Assembly: GCA_049594615.1 (NCBI GenBank) | Contig: JBMYJR010000002.1 | Span: 39,028-103,027 of the forward strand | Source of the DNA: Flavobacteriales bacterium | GTDB taxonomy: Bacteria > Bacteroidota > Bacteroidia > Flavobacteriales_D > Sanyastnellaceae | Direction: 5' to 3' | DNA length: 64,000 nt | Shown here: positions 47,676 to 57,717 of the stretch, in pieces | How the letters are laid out: every line of letters begins with the position of its first letter | Position numbering within the stretch: the first letter of the stretch is position 1 | Translations under genes and position numbers: made by a program | The notes under the pieces: model-generated | The model's input: only the letters and a program-made list of their open reading frames with translations | The model's database searches: none | Told to the model about the DNA's origin: nothing

Positions 47676-48722
47676 ATGAAATCCCTTTGGTGGAAGTTTT
47701 TGGCGCTCGCCATCTTGGTGTACGCCGCCGTTCGCAGCCTGTTGACGCCGCTGAATCCGTGCATTTTGGATGTGGGCACCGGCACGGTTTCTCCCGGAGA
47801 GCAGGTGGTGGACGTCATCGGTTACCGCACTCATTTTCAGGACGCTTCGGTGCAGTTCATGCTGCTGGCTTCTGGAGTGGTTGAAGGCGACACGGTAGCG
47901 CACTGGCTCGTCTCGCGTGAAGTGACCGCCACCGACGGCGATCACGCACAGGTCACCTTCACCATTCCCCAACAACTGCCCGACACGGTTCTTGATCTGT
48001 ACGCCAACACTGATGTGGACGGCACCCTCTACCTGCCTAATGCTCTGCGTTTGGAGAACTTCACGACGGGCAAGCCTTTGGCAGCCAGTGCCGAAATCCA
48101 AGTCGAACGCAACGAACCCGCCGAGCTCGGCTTCCCCTTCCAAGTGGTGTTGTTTGAGACCATCCGCAACCTGTGTTGGCACGTGCCCATGTGGTTCACC
48201 ATGTTTTTGCTGATGATCATCGCGGTGGTCAACTCCATCCAATACCTGATCGGCGGCAAAGTCAACAACGACTTGCGTGCCAAGGGTGCGGTGGATGTGG
48301 GGCTGATGTTTTGCCTCTTGGGCCTGATCACCGGATCCTTCTGGGCCCGCTTCACCTGGGGCGACTGGTGGGTGGATGACCCCCAACTCAACGGGGCCAT
48401 GGTCACCTTCATGATCTATGTGGCCTACGCCGTGCTGCGCGCCAGCATTGATGATCCCGACAAACGCGCCCGCATTGCTGCGGTCTACAACATATTTGCC
48501 TTTGCCATGCTGGTGGTGCTGTTGATGGTGCTGCCCCGCTTCACCGAGTCTTTGCACCCGGGCAAAGGCAGCAGCCCCGCCTTTTCACAATACGATTTGG
48601 ACGATACCCTGCGCTGGGTGTTTTACCCGGCGGTCATCGGTTGGATGCTGGTGTCGGTGTGGCTGTATAACCTGAACGTACGCTTGGATCGCGTACGCCT
48701 CAAAATCGAAGAGCGCTCATGA
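47676..48722 (+). CDS. ccmC: Heme exporter/heme-handling protein CcmC with ~150-aa N-terminal extension
   Basis: Trp-rich WWD heme-handling motif WARFTWGDWWVDDPQLNG, with conserved flanking histidines in TM loops. Confidence 0.8.
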   Translation: MKSLWWKFLALAILVYAAVRSLLTPLNPCILDVGTGTVSPGEQVVDVIGYRTHFQDASVQFMLLASGVVEGDTVAHWLVSREVTATDGDHAQVTFTIPQQLPDTVLDLYANTDVDGTLYLPNALRLENFTTGKPLAASAEIQVERNEPAELGFPFQVVLFETIRNLCWHVPMWFTMFLLMIIAVVNSIQYLIGGKVNNDLRAKGAVDVGLMFCLLGLITGSFWARFTWGDWWVDDPQLNGAMVTFMIYVAYAVLRASIDDPDKRARIAAVYNIFAFAMLVVLLMVLPRFTESLHPGKGSSPAFSQYDLDDTLRWVFYPAVIGWMLVSVWLYNLNVRLDRVRLKIEERS

Positions 48723-48958
48723 ACCCTGTTTTGACCCGAAGTCTGACAACATTGGCCTTGTTGGTGGTGTTTTCAATACACGCAACGGCCGCAGCTGACC
48801 AGCCTGTGAGCGCCTTGGAAGGCACCTTCTTCCAATCGGCCAAGTTCTACACCGTGCTTGCGGTGGTGGTGCTGATTTTGCTGGGCATGTTCGGTTATTT
48901 GTTTGTGTTGGACCGCCGCGTGCGCAAGCTCGAGGCGGAAGTTGAATCTGAAGCGTAA
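48719..48958 (+). CDS. ccmD: CcmD family protein
   Basis: Small protein with a single TM helix (FYTVLAVVVLILLGMFGYLFVL) and a charged tail. ATGA overlap with the ccmC stop. Position lies between ccmC and ccmE. Confidence 0.55.
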   Translation: MNPVLTRSLTTLALLVVFSIHATAAADQPVSALEGTFFQSAKFYTVLAVVVLILLGMFGYLFVLDRRVRKLEAEVESEA

Positions 48959-48962
48959 TGTC

Positions 48963-49370
48963 ATGCAAAAGACCCACGTTGTCCTGGTCATTCTGTTTGC
49001 CGCCCTCGCCGGCATCCTGGTGTTCAACTTTGTGGACACCAGCTCCAACGAGCCCTTTGCCACCGCGTTTGAAATGCCCGGCACTACTTACAAAATCAAA
49101 GGCACGGTGGACAAAGCGAAAGGCATCCACTACGACCCGGAGGTGGATGCCAACCTGTGCACCTTCTACGTGACCGATACCGAAGGGCAAACCGTCCAGG
49201 TCCACTACCGCAACAGCGAAGACCCACGCCCCCAAGGCTTGGAACAATCCGAAGAAATTGACCTTTATGGCAAAGTCGTAGATGGCCGCTTTGAAAGCAG
49301 CAAGGTCATGCTCAAATGCCCCTCGAAATACGACGAGGATAAACACCAATTTGAAACCGCAGGCAAGTGA
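48963..49370 (+). CDS. ccmE: Cytochrome c maturation heme chaperone CcmE, CxxxY variant
   Basis: N-terminal TM anchor, OB-fold-like body, C-terminal MLKCPSKYDED. Canonical CcmE has HxxxY here (E. coli KHDENY). Confidence 0.75.
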   Translation: MQKTHVVLVILFAALAGILVFNFVDTSSNEPFATAFEMPGTTYKIKGTVDKAKGIHYDPEVDANLCTFYVTDTEGQTVQVHYRNSEDPRPQGLEQSEEIDLYGKVVDGRFESSKVMLKCPSKYDEDKHQFETAGK

Positions 49371-52135
49371 TCGAAGACATCGCCTACGTAGGAGAGCACC
49401 TGCTTCCCGGCCAAATCGGCACCGCGTTCATCCTCTTGGCCGTAGCCACTTCCTTGATGAGCGCCTTTGGCTACTTCCGCAGCGAAAAGCTGGGCGAAGA
49501 GTCCTGGTTAGGCTTTGGTCGCACCACCTTCCGCTTGCACACCGTGGCCATGCTCGGGGTGATTGGGATGTTGTTCTACATCATCATAGGTAAGCATTAC
49601 GAGTACTACTACGTATCGGAGCACATGAACAACACCATGCCGTGGCAGTTCATCCTCTCGTGCTTTTGGGAAGGGCAGGAGGGCAGCTTTTTGCTGTGGA
49701 CCTTCTGGAACGTGGTGTTGGGCAATGTGCTCATTCGCATTTCCGGCAAATGGGAAGGCCCCGTGGTGGGTACCTTTGCCGCGGTACAGGTGTTCTTGAC
49801 CACCATGATGGTGGGCGTGTACTTTGGCGAATTTCAGTTTGGTCAGAACCCGTTTGCGCTCATCCGTGAGCTGCCGGCCAACATTTCCAGCCCCATGTTC
49901 TTGGATCCGGAGTACCTGTTCAACTTCGACAAGTTTGCCGACGGCAAGGGCCTGAATCCGCTGCTGCAGAACTACTGGAACACCATTCACCCGCCTACAC
50001 TGTTCTTGGGCTTTGCGAGCACCCTTGTGCCGTTTGCCTACGCCATTGGCGGACTGGTGCGCAAAGATTTCAAAGGCTGGATGGCCCCCGCCATTCCGTG
50101 GAGCTTCTTTGTGATCATGATCCTGGGAACCGGCATCCTGATGGGCGGTGCTTGGGCATACGAAGCGCTGGGCTTTGGCGGCTTCTGGGCGTGGGACCCG
50201 GTAGAGAACTCCTCGCTGGTGCCGTGGATCACCATGGTGGGCGGTGCGCACTTGATGCTCATCAATAAGCGCAAGCAAACCAGTCTGTTTACCACCTTCA
50301 TCTTGGTACTCAGCACGTTTTTGTTGGTGCTTTACAGCACCTTCCTGACCCGCTCGGGGGTGTTGGGCGACAGCTCGGTGCACTCCTTTGTGGAGACCGG
50401 CATTCTCCCCCAGCTGTACTTCTACTACCTCTTCTTCATCTTCGCCGCGGTGTACTTGCTGTTGCAATCGCGCAAACACCGTTTGGGCTACTTCATCACC
50501 GGAGCACTCACCTTGCTGCTGGTGTTGATTTTTCGCGAGAAGCTGTCCATGAGCGTGACCACCTTCTTCTTGGTGGCCACCGCCGTTTGGGCGGTGGTGG
50601 CCTACATCAAGTTTGAACGCACCGAGGAAGAGGAAGACCTCTGGAGCCGGGAGTTCTGGATGTTTATTGGATCGCTCGTGCTGGTGATTTCGGCCGTGCA
50701 CATTTCGCTGCGTAACTCGATTCCGGTGTGGAACTTGGTGTTTGGGGAAATGGGTATCGACGCCCACTTTGCCGAGCCCGAAAACATTGCAGATGCGTAT
50801 CACAAGGTGCAGATCCCGATTGCCATTCTGCTGTGCATCTTGATTGCCATCACGCACTACTTCCGCTACACCAAGACCGACATGCGCAAGTTCGTGCGCA
50901 ACATGGTGTGGCCGTTTGCATTGGCTTTGCTGGGTTCAGCAGCGTTCATCCACTTTACTGACTTCAGCTACAACGCCAACCCATTGGTGGTGGTGTTGTT
51001 GGCCGCGAGCATTTTTGTGATTGCCGCCAGTGTGGACTACGCGGTGCGCATCCTCAAAGGCAAACTCAACTTCTCGGGTGCCAACATTGCGCACGTGGGT
51101 TTTGGAATGATCCTGTTGGGCGCGGTGGTCTCTACCTCGCAACAGGAATTCATTTCTTCGAACGACATCGGCGACCTGTCGCAACTCTCAGACAACTTCT
51201 CCAACGCCGAAAACAAGGCCATGTACGAGGGCGATACCTTGGGCATGCGCGATTACTTTGTGGTCTACAAAGACAAACGTTGGCAACCTGACAGCGTACA
51301 CTTTGAAGTGGATGTGGAATACTACGACCGCGCCCCCCGAACCTACGAGCAAGGTGACTTGGTCTTCAAGAAAGGAGCCCTGTTCATTTGCGTGCAAGAC
51401 CACACTCCAAGCGCCGAGTTTTTGGACGATATGGAGCCCTACTGGAGTGAAGTGCCCTTCCCCAACTCGCGCCAACTCAAAGTGGCCCAGCCTTGGGAAA
51501 ACGGCAAGCCCGGTGCATACCTGTTCACCCTGCACCCGAGCCTGATCCGCAACGACCGTATGGGATCCACCAGCCGCGAGCCCAGCATCAAGCACTACTT
51601 GGGCAAGGACATCTACACCTACCTGAACTACGTGGACACCGAAGACCCCGTCATCGACGAACGCGGGTACCACGAGGAGCGCAAGCACGTGCTCATGGTG
51701 GGCCAGAGCATTTCCATTTCGGGTCACATTGTGGAGGTGGACAGCGTCAACCTGATCACCGACGGCCGCCCGGAGATTCTCCAAAACGAGGACACCTACA
51801 ACGTCTTCTTCACCGTCAGCCGCAAGGACCGTGCGCAGCCTTTCAACCTGCCGTTCATCAGCCTGCGTGGCCAGGTGATTGCCGAGGATTACTTCTTGGA
51901 CGACTGGGGCTTCAAGTTCCGACTGGAGAACTTTGACCCACAGCGCCGCGAAGTGACCCTACAGGTGGCCGAACACGATTCGGTGGCCAAGGATTTCATT
52001 GTGATGACCGCTGTGGTATTTCCGCAGATCAACATTCTGTGGATCGGGTGTTTGGTGATGGTGATCGGAACCGTCATTGCCATCCTTCACCGCATCCGCG
52101 AATTCCGCCGACGAAACACACGCGATGCGGGTTAA
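49367..52135 (+). CDS. ccmF: Cytochrome c-type biogenesis protein CcmF (heme lyase component), long form
   Basis: WEGQEGSFLLWTFW and the WWD motif GGFWAWDPVENSSLVPW. Many TM helices. GTGA overlap with the ccmE stop. 922 aa. Confidence 0.85.
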   Translation: MIEDIAYVGEHLLPGQIGTAFILLAVATSLMSAFGYFRSEKLGEESWLGFGRTTFRLHTVAMLGVIGMLFYIIIGKHYEYYYVSEHMNNTMPWQFILSCFWEGQEGSFLLWTFWNVVLGNVLIRISGKWEGPVVGTFAAVQVFLTTMMVGVYFGEFQFGQNPFALIRELPANISSPMFLDPEYLFNFDKFADGKGLNPLLQNYWNTIHPPTLFLGFASTLVPFAYAIGGLVRKDFKGWMAPAIPWSFFVIMILGTGILMGGAWAYEALGFGGFWAWDPVENSSLVPWITMVGGAHLMLINKRKQTSLFTTFILVLSTFLLVLYSTFLTRSGVLGDSSVHSFVETGILPQLYFYYLFFIFAAVYLLLQSRKHRLGYFITGALTLLLVLIFREKLSMSVTTFFLVATAVWAVVAYIKFERTEEEEDLWSREFWMFIGSLVLVISAVHISLRNSIPVWNLVFGEMGIDAHFAEPENIADAYHKVQIPIAILLCILIAITHYFRYTKTDMRKFVRNMVWPFALALLGSAAFIHFTDFSYNANPLVVVLLAASIFVIAASVDYAVRILKGKLNFSGANIAHVGFGMILLGAVVSTSQQEFISSNDIGDLSQLSDNFSNAENKAMYEGDTLGMRDYFVVYKDKRWQPDSVHFEVDVEYYDRAPRTYEQGDLVFKKGALFICVQDHTPSAEFLDDMEPYWSEVPFPNSRQLKVAQPWENGKPGAYLFTLHPSLIRNDRMGSTSREPSIKHYLGKDIYTYLNYVDTEDPVIDERGYHEERKHVLMVGQSISISGHIVEVDSVNLITDGRPEILQNEDTYNVFFTVSRKDRAQPFNLPFISLRGQVIAEDYFLDDWGFKFRLENFDPQRREVTLQVAEHDSVAKDFIVMTAVVFPQINILWIGCLVMVIGTVIAILHRIREFRRRNTRDAG

Positions 52136-52889
52136 CCTGATCGGGACAGGCAACGTGGCCTGGCACATGGCCCACGCCTTTCAGCAGGCTGGGGTGGAGG
52201 TGGTGGCCGTCGCCGGACGTGCTTTAGAACCGTTACATACCCTTGCAAGCAGCGTTCAAGCCCAACCGGTATCGTGGCCAGCAACCCTGCCCGAGGCCGA
52301 CGTGAACATCCTTGCGGTAAGCGACCGTGCGGTAGCTCAAGTGGCCCAGCAACTGCCTGAGGACATCTTGGTGGTGCACACCTCAGGCAGTGTGCCTCTG
52401 CAGGACATGGGCCCCGGAAGACGCGGCGTGTTCTACCCCTTGCAAACTTTCAGCAAAGCGGCTGCCGTGGACTTCATCGGTATTCCGCTGTGTGTGGAAG
52501 CGGCACAAGCACAAGACTTGGCCACGCTTGAAGCTTTGGGAGCTGCACTCGGCATGGATGTGCGCAGCATTTCATCGGCCCAACGCGCTACGCTGCATTT
52601 GGCGGCGGTGTTTGCCTGCAATTTTCCCAACGCCCTCTACGAAACGGCGAGCCGCATCCTGCAAATTGGCGGCATGGAGCTTGACCTGCTGTACCCCCTC
52701 ATGCGAGAGACCACTGAAAAAGCAGTGTCCCAAGCGCCGTTGGACGCACAAACCGGCCCCGCCCGACGCGGCGACCACCCCGTGCTCGAGACCCACCTGC
52801 GTGCACTGCAAGACCACCCCGAACTTGCCACACTCTACCAACTACTCTCTGAATTGATTCGAAACCGCTACCATGGCCCAGAACTATAA
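52125..52889 (+). CDS. Rossmann-like / DUF2520 domain protein
   Basis: N-terminal dinucleotide-binding motif VNLIGTGNVAWHMAHAF. C-terminal block AQTGPARRGD is typical of DUF2520. Confidence 0.6.
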   Translation: MRVNLIGTGNVAWHMAHAFQQAGVEVVAVAGRALEPLHTLASSVQAQPVSWPATLPEADVNILAVSDRAVAQVAQQLPEDILVVHTSGSVPLQDMGPGRRGVFYPLQTFSKAAAVDFIGIPLCVEAAQAQDLATLEALGAALGMDVRSISSAQRATLHLAAVFACNFPNALYETASRILQIGGMELDLLYPLMRETTEKAVSQAPLDAQTGPARRGDHPVLETHLRALQDHPELATLYQLLSELIRNRYHGPEL

Positions 52890-53397
52890 AGAACTCCTGC
52901 GCGGCATCAAGGCCGTCTGCCTCGATTACGACGGGGTGTTCACCGATGCCATCATCTACCTGTTTTCCGACGGCGAGCTCGCCCGCACTGCCAATGTCAA
53001 GGACGGTTACGCGGTGCAGTATGCCAATAAAAAGGGCCTGCGCATGGCCATCATTACTGGCGGCACCCAAGAGGCGGTACGCAGCCGTTTTGAAGGCTTG
53101 GGCGTGCACGAGGTGTATCTGGGGTCCAAGAACAAGATGGATGTGCTCAATGCCTTTTGCGAAAAGCACAGTGTAGACCCAGAGCACATCCTGTACATGG
53201 GTGACGACATTCCAGATATCCCTGTGCTCAAGCATGTGGGCTTGGCTACCTGTCCCGCTGACGCCGCGCCTGAGGTGAAGGCCGTATGCGCCTATGTGTC
53301 TCCCTATGGCGGTGGCAAAGGCTGCGTGCGCGACATTCTGGAGCAGGTGCTCAAGGCCAAGGGCCAATGGCTCGACGCCGAGTCTTACGAGTGGTAG
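52873..53397 (+). CDS. kdsC: 3-deoxy-D-manno-octulosonate 8-phosphate phosphatase (HAD-IIIA)
   Basis: HAD motif I LDYDGVFTD, then ITGG and YMGDDIPD. 174 aa. Confidence 0.8.
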   Translation: MAQNYKELLRGIKAVCLDYDGVFTDAIIYLFSDGELARTANVKDGYAVQYANKKGLRMAIITGGTQEAVRSRFEGLGVHEVYLGSKNKMDVLNAFCEKHSVDPEHILYMGDDIPDIPVLKHVGLATCPADAAPEVKAVCAYVSPYGGGKGCVRDILEQVLKAKGQWLDAESYEW

Positions 53398-53513
53398 GCG
53401 TGTAGGACCTTTCCACGGGCTTTTGCGCCATAATCTGACATCCGCATCCGAAGCGGGTTTGCGCTACACCCTGAGCTTGTTTACGAGGTTTGGACCGGAC
53501 TGATAGCTCTGGT

Positions 53514-55205
53514 ATGAAAACTCGAATTCGCGCTTTTTGGAAACGCGTTACCAACATTGGGGTGACCGACGCGCTCTCCAGCGGCGAAGCCAAGCGGGTG
53601 CGCTTGGTAAACCGTATTGGCATAGTGGTGGCCCTGTTTATGGTACCCTTTGTGTTCCAGTACTTGGACATGGGACTGCCGCTGGCCACCGCCACCTCGG
53701 TGTTCAGCATTGCGTGTATGTTGCTGAGTGTTTGGCTCAATTCGCGCGCGTACTACCTGAGCGCTCGGTATTTGATTTTGATTGGCGGGGGATTGGTCAA
53801 CATTTTCGTCATCAGCTCTGTGATGGGTTTTGAGAACGGCGACCACACTGCCCTCACCATGGCGGTGCTGTTCACCTTCATGCTGTTTGACCTCAAGCAA
53901 CGCCGCCATTTGGTGTTGGGGCTAATCGCAACCGTAGCTTGTTGGATCGGTTTGGAAGCAACAGGGTACGAGGCCTTTGGCAACTTTGACATCGACGCGG
54001 CCTTGCAACGGACCAACTACACCGTCACCTTCACGCTCTCTCTGTTTTGTGTGATGCTGATGGCCTTCTATTTTCAGAACCTGTCCAATCGGCAGGTGGA
54101 CGACATTGTTTTCCGTGCACAACAAGAGCTGAAGGCGGTCTTCAACAATGCCTACGATGCCATATTCTTGGTACATCCCAGAACCCTTGACATCGAAGAA
54201 TGCAACGAGCGGTCCTTGGAGATGTTTACCATAGATGAAAAGGAGCACATCTTGGGTACCAACGTCAACCTTTTGCTCGAAAAGCCTTTCACGCGGCAAG
54301 AGTTGGCAGAGGTCAAACGCCGTCCGGCATCCGGCCACAAATGGAGCGTGGAGCGCAAGCTCAAAAGTCCGGGAACCGACCCCTTTTGGGGCAACATCGC
54401 ATTCACCAATGTGCGCTTTGGGGAGCGAGACTCCCTGCTGGTGCGGATTTCGGACATTACCGAAAAGAAACTCGCTGAGGTCCAAATGCGTCAAGCGCGC
54501 GACAAGGCAGAGGCTGCCAATCAAGCCAAGGACAACTTCCTGGCCAACATGTCCCACGAGTTGCGCACGCCGTTGAACGGCATTTTGGGCATGACGCAAC
54601 TTATCCAGATGACTTCCACCGACGCGGCCTTGCAAGAGTATGCCCAGCTACTTTGGGAATCTGGAGGCCGTCTGCTCAACGTGTTCAACACCATGCTGGA
54701 CCTCTCCAAGCTGGAAACCACCGACCGTCTCGTCGATCTCGAGCCCACCAACGTGGCCCCACTCTTGCGTACAACCACCCAGCTGTTTGCAGCAGAGGCG
54801 GAAGCCAAAGGACTGGCCTTCGAGCTCGACTTGCCCGAGGGAGAGGTGATCACCCTTCTGGAGAAGGACTTCTTTGAAAAGTCCATGGCGCAAGTACTTT
54901 CCAACGCGCTCAAATTCACAGAGTCTGGCCAGATCAAACTTTCTGTTGCCCAAGACGAGGAGGAGGAGGCTGTGTCGATTACAGTCAGTGACACTGGCAT
55001 TGGCATGAGCCAAGAGTTCTTGGACAACCATCTGTTTACCAAGTTTAAACAGGAAAGTGGCGGCTACACGCGCAAGTATGAAGGCGCGGGCTTGGGCTTG
55101 GCACTGACCAAACGCATGACCGAACTCATGCAGGGTGAAATCGAAGTGAAAAGCCAGAAAGAAATAGGCACCGCCGTGATCTTGCGCTTCAAAAACGGGG
55201 GGTAG
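53514..55205 (+). CDS. Membrane sensor histidine kinase (multi-TM sensor, PAS, HisKA, HATPase_c)
   Basis: Six N-terminal hydrophobic helices, a PAS-like segment, the H-box FLANMSHELRTPLNGILG, and N/G boxes (SNALKFT, DTGIGM, GAGLGLAL). ATG 53514 preferred over TTG 53490. Confidence 0.85.
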   Translation: MKTRIRAFWKRVTNIGVTDALSSGEAKRVRLVNRIGIVVALFMVPFVFQYLDMGLPLATATSVFSIACMLLSVWLNSRAYYLSARYLILIGGGLVNIFVISSVMGFENGDHTALTMAVLFTFMLFDLKQRRHLVLGLIATVACWIGLEATGYEAFGNFDIDAALQRTNYTVTFTLSLFCVMLMAFYFQNLSNRQVDDIVFRAQQELKAVFNNAYDAIFLVHPRTLDIEECNERSLEMFTIDEKEHILGTNVNLLLEKPFTRQELAEVKRRPASGHKWSVERKLKSPGTDPFWGNIAFTNVRFGERDSLLVRISDITEKKLAEVQMRQARDKAEAANQAKDNFLANMSHELRTPLNGILGMTQLIQMTSTDAALQEYAQLLWESGGRLLNVFNTMLDLSKLETTDRLVDLEPTNVAPLLRTTTQLFAAEAEAKGLAFELDLPEGEVITLLEKDFFEKSMAQVLSNALKFTESGQIKLSVAQDEEEEAVSITVSDTGIGMSQEFLDNHLFTKFKQESGGYTRKYEGAGLGLALTKRMTELMQGEIEVKSQKEIGTAVILRFKNGG

Positions 55206-55309
55206 GCAACTGCACAATCCCCATTTGTAGGGACTCAGTACGTGGGGCAGTTGGATGATATTTGGTTAGTTTCAACCAAACCAAACTGCATTTAACGTAA
55301 GCCACACCT

Positions 55310-55699
55310 ATGGCTATCAATTGCTACACTACCAGCCCTACCCAAGCATTTTCGGTAGACCCGAGCCTCACCAATAACGCAGCTGTCTTGCCCGTCACGG
55401 TCAACCCACCTTCGGACCACCCCCCCTATGAGGTCGATTCCCACGGCGAAGTTTCCGATGACGGGCGCGCTGTGGAGTGCCAAATCACCCTCAAGGCTTC
55501 CCTTTCTTCAGCGCCCAACGGCCAGCTGGATATTCAAGTCAAAGACTACCTGCAGGACGCTGCAGGCACCCTGCGCTTTGCCGTGCGCTTGATGTGTACC
55601 TCACGGACGGTACCGCCTGCGAAAAGAAGACGGAAAGACAAGTGCTCAACGGCAACTACAAAAAGTAATTACTACCCATGGCTCGCCTCGCTTCCCTGA
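55310..55699 (+). CDS. Small hypothetical protein, possibly frameshifted near 55588
   Basis: Strong GC3 coding signal from 55310 to ~55588. After that the -1 frame, which ends at TAA 55666-55668, shows better codon usage than the annotated frame. See finding. Confidence 0.4.
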   Translation: MAINCYTTSPTQAFSVDPSLTNNAAVLPVTVNPPSDHPPYEVDSHGEVSDDGRAVECQITLKASLSSAPNGQLDIQVKDYLQDAAGTLRFAVRLMCTSRTVPPAKRRRKDKCSTATTKSNYYPWLASLP

Positions 55700-57717
55700 T
55701 CTTCACAGCATGCGTTTTTCTGACATCCGTCCAAGGGCAGTCCCAATCGGCAGCGGCAGTTTGGGAGGCTGGGCAACGGGCCATATCCAACTTGGCGGGT
55801 GCCGACAGCCTCACGGTGGTGCGCACCGGTCAAGACATCCCAGGCGGCTCCGAGGCTTACGGGCAGCTGCTCTGGGCGCACTACCTCCATGAATACGGTC
55901 ATCCCGACCAGGCACTTGCTGTATGCAATGCTATGGATGTGGAATCACTCGATATGGATGAGGCGTTTTGGCATGCATACACCAGCTTGAACTATTTGGT
56001 GCACAACACCAAGTATGCGCAGGCACATGCAACCGGGGTGCGTATGATGCACCTTGCTGAGGATATGGCTTGTCCAGCATGTCTGGCAGCCGCTCAATTG
56101 GAATGGGGTGTGCAGTTGCAAGAAGATTACAACGGCTTTTCGGCTTACGAAATGGGACTGAAAGGCAAGCGCGCTGCGGCAGCGCTTGAATCCCCTTTTT
56201 ACATGCACCTTTTATTGGCGCGCAGCATCACCTTGATCCAAGACCGCGATACCGTTCAAACCGCAGACCTGCTGTTGCGCCCCGCTTTGGACTATCTGCA
56301 GGCAGAAGATCTAAAAGCATTGGCAGCGAGGGTGATGTTGAATTTAGCGCAAAATGAAGGGGTACATTACAATACCCAGTCGGCGTTTGAACTGATTGAA
56401 CAAGCACGCGACCTGTACGTCCAACTTGACAATCAGGGGGCACTCTGCGACTTGGGACACATGTATGGGGTCCTTCTGTTCTACGAAGGCAATCCGCTCA
56501 AAACGCAAGCGGCCATCGACAGTTTGGATGCTGCCTTTGCTTGTATGGATACAAACGTCAATCCGGGGCTCGCATGCCAAAATCGCATTTGTCGCGCTCA
56601 GCTCGAGTACTATTCCTCTGATGAAGGGGGACTAGAAAGCGTTCCTTTCTTTGAAGAAGCCCTTGTCTTCGCGGAAATGGCGCGAGATGACAACAGTTAC
56701 ATTTCGGGCACGGACTTCTTGATTTACATCTGGGCCGATAGCGATGACCCCGACCGTGCTCCCCGCTGCGAAGCATTGTTCAAACGCATGAGTGTGGTCT
56801 TGGCAAACATTCAAGCTGAACACTACAACGTACGCGCAGCAATGCTCAACCGCGCCGACTACGAAGTGCTCAACCTCCAAAAAGAACTCGAGCAATCCGA
56901 GCGTGAAAAAGCTGAATCCCAAGCCAATACCTTGTGGGTGGCAGCTGTGGGATTGGCTATTGTCTTGGGCTTGGGCATGATCGGGTGGTTGCAATACCGC
57001 AAACGCCAAGCTGAACGCCTAGAGGCGGCCCATGCCATGCGCGAACAGTCCGAACTCAAGTCCCAACGCGAGGTAGAAGAACTCGTGGCCCGTCACCGGT
57101 ACGATAACCTGCTCGCAGGCATTCAAGGAGAGGAGCAGGAGCGCGAACGCATTGCGCAAGAATTGCACGACAACATCGGGGGATCGCTCGGCATCATCGC
57201 CGCCCAGTTTGAGTCTGAAGGTCCCATGGAAAGTGCAGAACGCCAGCAAATTGGCACACAACTTCGAGGCATATATGAGGACTTACGGAGCCTCTCGCAT
57301 ACCCTCAATTTGCCGGACACCCAGCACAATACGCTTGTGGAGTTGACCCAGATCTTGTTGGACAACTTACGCCGCGCAGGCAAGCTGGAAACCAAGCTCA
57401 CCGTGTTTCCGATAGACCGTCCGCTCAACCTTCCAGCGCAGGTGGAAATTCAGGTGTACCGCGTGTTGCAAGAACTGTCCAACAACGCGCTCAAACACGC
57501 CGACGCCCAAAACATCGAGGTCAACATCACCCGCACTGCGGATTCACTTTCGGTCATTTTTGAGGACGACGGCAAGGGTTTCGATTCAACTGCAGCAGCA
57601 GAAGGCATAGGCCTGACGAACATCTCCAACCGTTTGGAAGCGTTGCAAGCCACCTTGAGCATTGACGCCGTGCCAGGCCGCGGTGCCATCTTCTCATTTG
57701 AATTGCCGCTGAGCTAA
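55678..57717 (+). CDS. TPR-like sensor histidine kinase (HisKA_3 / NarL-partner type)
   Basis: Signal/TM, ~390-aa helical repeat sensor, TM LWVAAVGLAIVLGLGMIGWL, coiled coil, H-box ERERIAQELHDNIGGSL, and HATPase_c (LSNNALKHA, DDGKGF, GIGLTNI). Confidence 0.85.
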   Translation: MARLASLIFTACVFLTSVQGQSQSAAAVWEAGQRAISNLAGADSLTVVRTGQDIPGGSEAYGQLLWAHYLHEYGHPDQALAVCNAMDVESLDMDEAFWHAYTSLNYLVHNTKYAQAHATGVRMMHLAEDMACPACLAAAQLEWGVQLQEDYNGFSAYEMGLKGKRAAAALESPFYMHLLLARSITLIQDRDTVQTADLLLRPALDYLQAEDLKALAARVMLNLAQNEGVHYNTQSAFELIEQARDLYVQLDNQGALCDLGHMYGVLLFYEGNPLKTQAAIDSLDAAFACMDTNVNPGLACQNRICRAQLEYYSSDEGGLESVPFFEEALVFAEMARDDNSYISGTDFLIYIWADSDDPDRAPRCEALFKRMSVVLANIQAEHYNVRAAMLNRADYEVLNLQKELEQSEREKAESQANTLWVAAVGLAIVLGLGMIGWLQYRKRQAERLEAAHAMREQSELKSQREVEELVARHRYDNLLAGIQGEEQERERIAQELHDNIGGSLGIIAAQFESEGPMESAERQQIGTQLRGIYEDLRSLSHTLNLPDTQHNTLVELTQILLDNLRRAGKLETKLTVFPIDRPLNLPAQVEIQVYRVLQELSNNALKHADAQNIEVNITRTADSLSVIFEDDGKGFDSTAAAEGIGLTNISNRLEALQATLSIDAVPGRGAIFSFELPLS

